From Setoptus koraiensis (Eukaryota; Animalia; Arthropoda): DNA of 64,000 bases. The stretch covers positions 16,182,001 to 16,246,000 of the forward strand of contig CM106586.1 in NCBI GenBank assembly GCA_048013815.1. Reading direction: 5' to 3'. The translations under genes and the position numbers were made by a program. Shown here in pieces: positions 61,754-64,000 of this stretch. The notes under the pieces are model-generated. The model saw only the letters and a list, made by a program, of their open reading frames with translations, searched no databases and was not told where the DNA came from. Positions within the stretch are counted from its first letter, which is position 1; each line of letters begins with the position of its first letter.

Positions 61754-64000
61754 TTATTCTCTTTTAAAATTGTGGGCGATCCTGGGCCACAAATAATCTT
61801 GAATAGATATTGCAACTATAGTCAAACTCAAGCTTTTTGTATCTACCTTCGCAAATTGCCTTTTTGGGGAATCGAATTTGTAATATTCACTTATATCTTC
61901 ATGATTAATAGTTTTGGGTCCGATACCATCCAGTTTCAAAATGGATTCGGTCTTCGAGTCATAATCGTATAAACCTCGAAACTGTTGACGATCACGGAAT
62001 AAAATGAGGAAATGTCTACAATCTTTGCACCTGTCCAACGTCTCTTGCATCTTTTTCAATGTCTTTGCATTGGCCGTGCCTTCAAGGGCTTTCGCAATTG
62101 CATTCTGGACTATATGAAGGTTAGTCTTGGTGGTCGGTTTGGCAAATAGCTTAGGCTTGGAGTATTCTGATGAGGAAGAACCAGGACGAATATGAATACT
62201 TTTGTTTGAGAGTGACAACAACTTAGTGTTGTTCTTGGAAATGGTGGTTGTTTTATCTTTTTCAGCTTCCTCGGCCAATTTTCTCTGTCTGTATTGATCT
62301 AAGATCATCTCTCGCCTTTGTTTATGTTCTTGCTTTCTCTGTTCAGATTTTTCTTTTTTAAAGTTGGCCTCCTCTTTTTGGCGAGCAAGCTCAGCTTCTC
62401 TAGCCATTCGCTTTGCCTTACGTTCTTGATCTCTTTTTTGACTTTGTATCTCCACAGCTTCCTTTTTTCTTCTCATTTGTTCTTCGTCCTTAGAGTCTGG
62501 ATTTGCAAAATCCGAACCAATAACAAATGCCTGAAAAATTTGCGCGGGAGGAGGTTTGGCAGTTTCATTTTCCTTAGCTGCTCGTTTAGCTTCGGACTCA
62601 GCTTTTCTATTTTTGTATAATGATAATATTTTGGCTTCTCTTTTTTTGGCCATCAGTTCCTCGAGTTCTTGATTCGAATCAGGGAGATCTTCGCCGATAA
62701 CAAATGCTTGGGAGACAGGTTTGGCAGTTCTAATATCATTAGATGATTTCTCAGCTTTAACTTCAAACCTTTGATCTAAACTTGACAACGTTTTGGCCTC
62801 TTTTTCTTGAGGGATTACCTCTTGGGGAATGGATGCTTGTGGGGTTGACTCTTGGAGTGCCGACTCTTGTAGTTCCTGATCTGTCTGATCTAATAAGTCA
62901 GGTTGGACACTAGACATCTCTGAATCGTTCGAATAAATGTGTTGCTGTCTAATAGGATGAGGTGGTTCTATGAAAGGCTGATCGATTAGGCTCTTGTGAC
63001 CATTAGATTTACCATTAGATTTCTCGGAGGGACTGTCACTGGATGATGCTATTGACTCTGGTAGATTGGAACGTTTTCGAATTTGTTCGCTACCAGCCAT
63101 ACCATTGTTGCCATTTGTGAAACTATTCTGAAGTGGCTCGTTATAGATATGATGATAATGAGTAAGTGGTTCTGGTTTTATCACTAGGTCACAGGGTTGT
63201 ATAACGAATTCAAACATTAGGTCTGCAATAAATGCCAAAACATTTACTCTAATATTTGATTCCACATATAGTAGATCTTCTATAGTAAGGAAGCATATGT
63301 TGTAAGGCATGAGTGAGTAGCAGAAATGTTGAATCCTTTTAAGATTGTAAATTGAGTCTTTTATAGAGTCTTGATTGTTATAAATGATTTCCTGCCAGCT
63401 GAAATCGTTGGGGCAATATAAGCTGATGAGAGTGGCCAATGCACATCCATCACTTATGTCATTTAAATCCTCTAGAGGGACCAGAGGCATCCAATCATCC
63501 TCGTTTGGCAATTGCTGATTGTGATTAGTTGAATAGGTGAGCATATCATCTAGGTCTTTTTTATTTGTCTCCAGTAGGATCTCTTGTTTTTTCCTTTGAC
63601 AGCTCTTATTAATCCAAAATATAGCTGCATCTTCGGAATTTTCTGGGACCTCATGGAGGCTAACATGAGTAAATTCGTTGCAAACTTGGTTAACCTTGGT
63701 AGGATCTAGCACTTCCTCAATGTATAATCTCATTAGGCCTGCTATAATGGCCATGTGTGCATCTAATTGGAATGGCATAGTTTGTGATAATGCCGCCTCT
63801 GAGAAAATATAATCAAATTGTTCCCTGAATATGCCCTTACTAACAAGAAAATCAACAACGCCCGAATTAGACAGACACATGTACTCCAAGTCGGAATACA
63901 TATTGCTCAGGCACAATCTATAATATTCGCCGCTTGCTAATTTTTTAATAATACTTGGCTTAAATTGGTAGTCCACCGATTGGTCCTGATTGGTGTAATC
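61754..64000 (-). CDS. Patronin: Patronin/CAMSAP microtubule minus-end protein; 5'-truncated by the window edge, no introns in the visible part
   Basis: KPSIIKKLASGEYY.LCLSNMY, CH-type DLNDISDGCALATLISLYCP, FVIG-led coiled coil, and C-terminal CKK domain (KTNLHIVQNAI...HFLILFRD..QFRGLY...GPK.I....I..YYKFDS..RQF...TKSLSLTI.AI.I...LW). The frame is open to position 64000. Confidence 0.93.
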   Translation of the reverse strand, partial: DYTNQDQSVDYQFKPSIIKKLASGEYYRLCLSNMYSDLEYMCLSNSGVVDFLVSKGIFREQFDYIFSEAALSQTMPFQLDAHMAIIAGLMRLYIEEVLDPTKVNQVCNEFTHVSLHEVPENSEDAAIFWINKSCQRKKQEILLETNKKDLDDMLTYSTNHNQQLPNEDDWMPLVPLEDLNDISDGCALATLISLYCPNDFSWQEIIYNNQDSIKDSIYNLKRIQHFCYSLMPYNICFLTIEDLLYVESNIRVNVLAFIADLMFEFVIQPCDLVIKPEPLTHYHHIYNEPLQNSFTNGNNGMAGSEQIRKRSNLPESIASSSDSPSEKSNGKSNGHKSLIDQPFIEPPHPIRQQHIYSNDSEMSSVQPDLLDQTDQELQESALQESTPQASIPQEVIPQEKEAKTLSSLDQRFEVKAEKSSNDIRTAKPVSQAFVIGEDLPDSNQELEELMAKKREAKILSLYKNRKAESEAKRAAKENETAKPPPAQIFQAFVIGSDFANPDSKDEEQMRRKKEAVEIQSQKRDQERKAKRMAREAELARQKEEANFKKEKSEQRKQEHKQRREMILDQYRQRKLAEEAEKDKTTTISKNNTKLLSLSNKSIHIRPGSSSSEYSKPKLFAKPTTKTNLHIVQNAIAKALEGTANAKTLKKMQETLDRCKDCRHFLILFRDRQQFRGLYDYDSKTESILKLDGIGPKTINHEDISEYYKFDSPKRQFAKVDTKSLSLTIVAISIQDYLWPRIAHNFKRE

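Overview
This is eukaryotic (animal) genomic DNA, not prokaryotic: genes have short GT-AG introns and there are no operons, rRNA, tRNA, CRISPR or recognisable transposase. An arthropod-type myosin light chain and patronin, very intron-poor genes, tight gene packing and poly-Q/poly-N tracts suggest a compact arthropod genome, plausibly an acariform mite (inference). Gene order: SYAP1-like BSD protein (+), PSAT1 (-), BTB/C2H2 protein (-), type I FAS-like megasynthase (-), MFSD6-like transporter (+), PITRM1 (+), NAA35 (+), kish/TMEM167 (-), an orphan 114-aa ORF (-), RagC/D (-) and an alpha-carbonic anhydrase (-). About 22 kb of microsatellite-rich, mostly non-coding DNA follows, containing an unexplained 730-codon ORF. 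The window ends with a CUB-like/LDLa/TM receptor (+), myosin essential light chain (-), PET100 (+) and a 5'-truncated patronin/CAMSAP (-). The strongest lead is the FAS: it is complete, but its acyltransferase has Leu at the malonyl-binding Arg position, a non-canonical His motif and a divergent KS, so it may be a specialised FAS/polyketide-type paralog, and it lies head-to-head with an MFS transporter. Other leads are a duplicated 35-bp CTCF-like block flanking RagC, candidate micro-exons upstream of FAS, a double hairpin and an internal duplication in patronin. All annotation is by eye; no searches were run.
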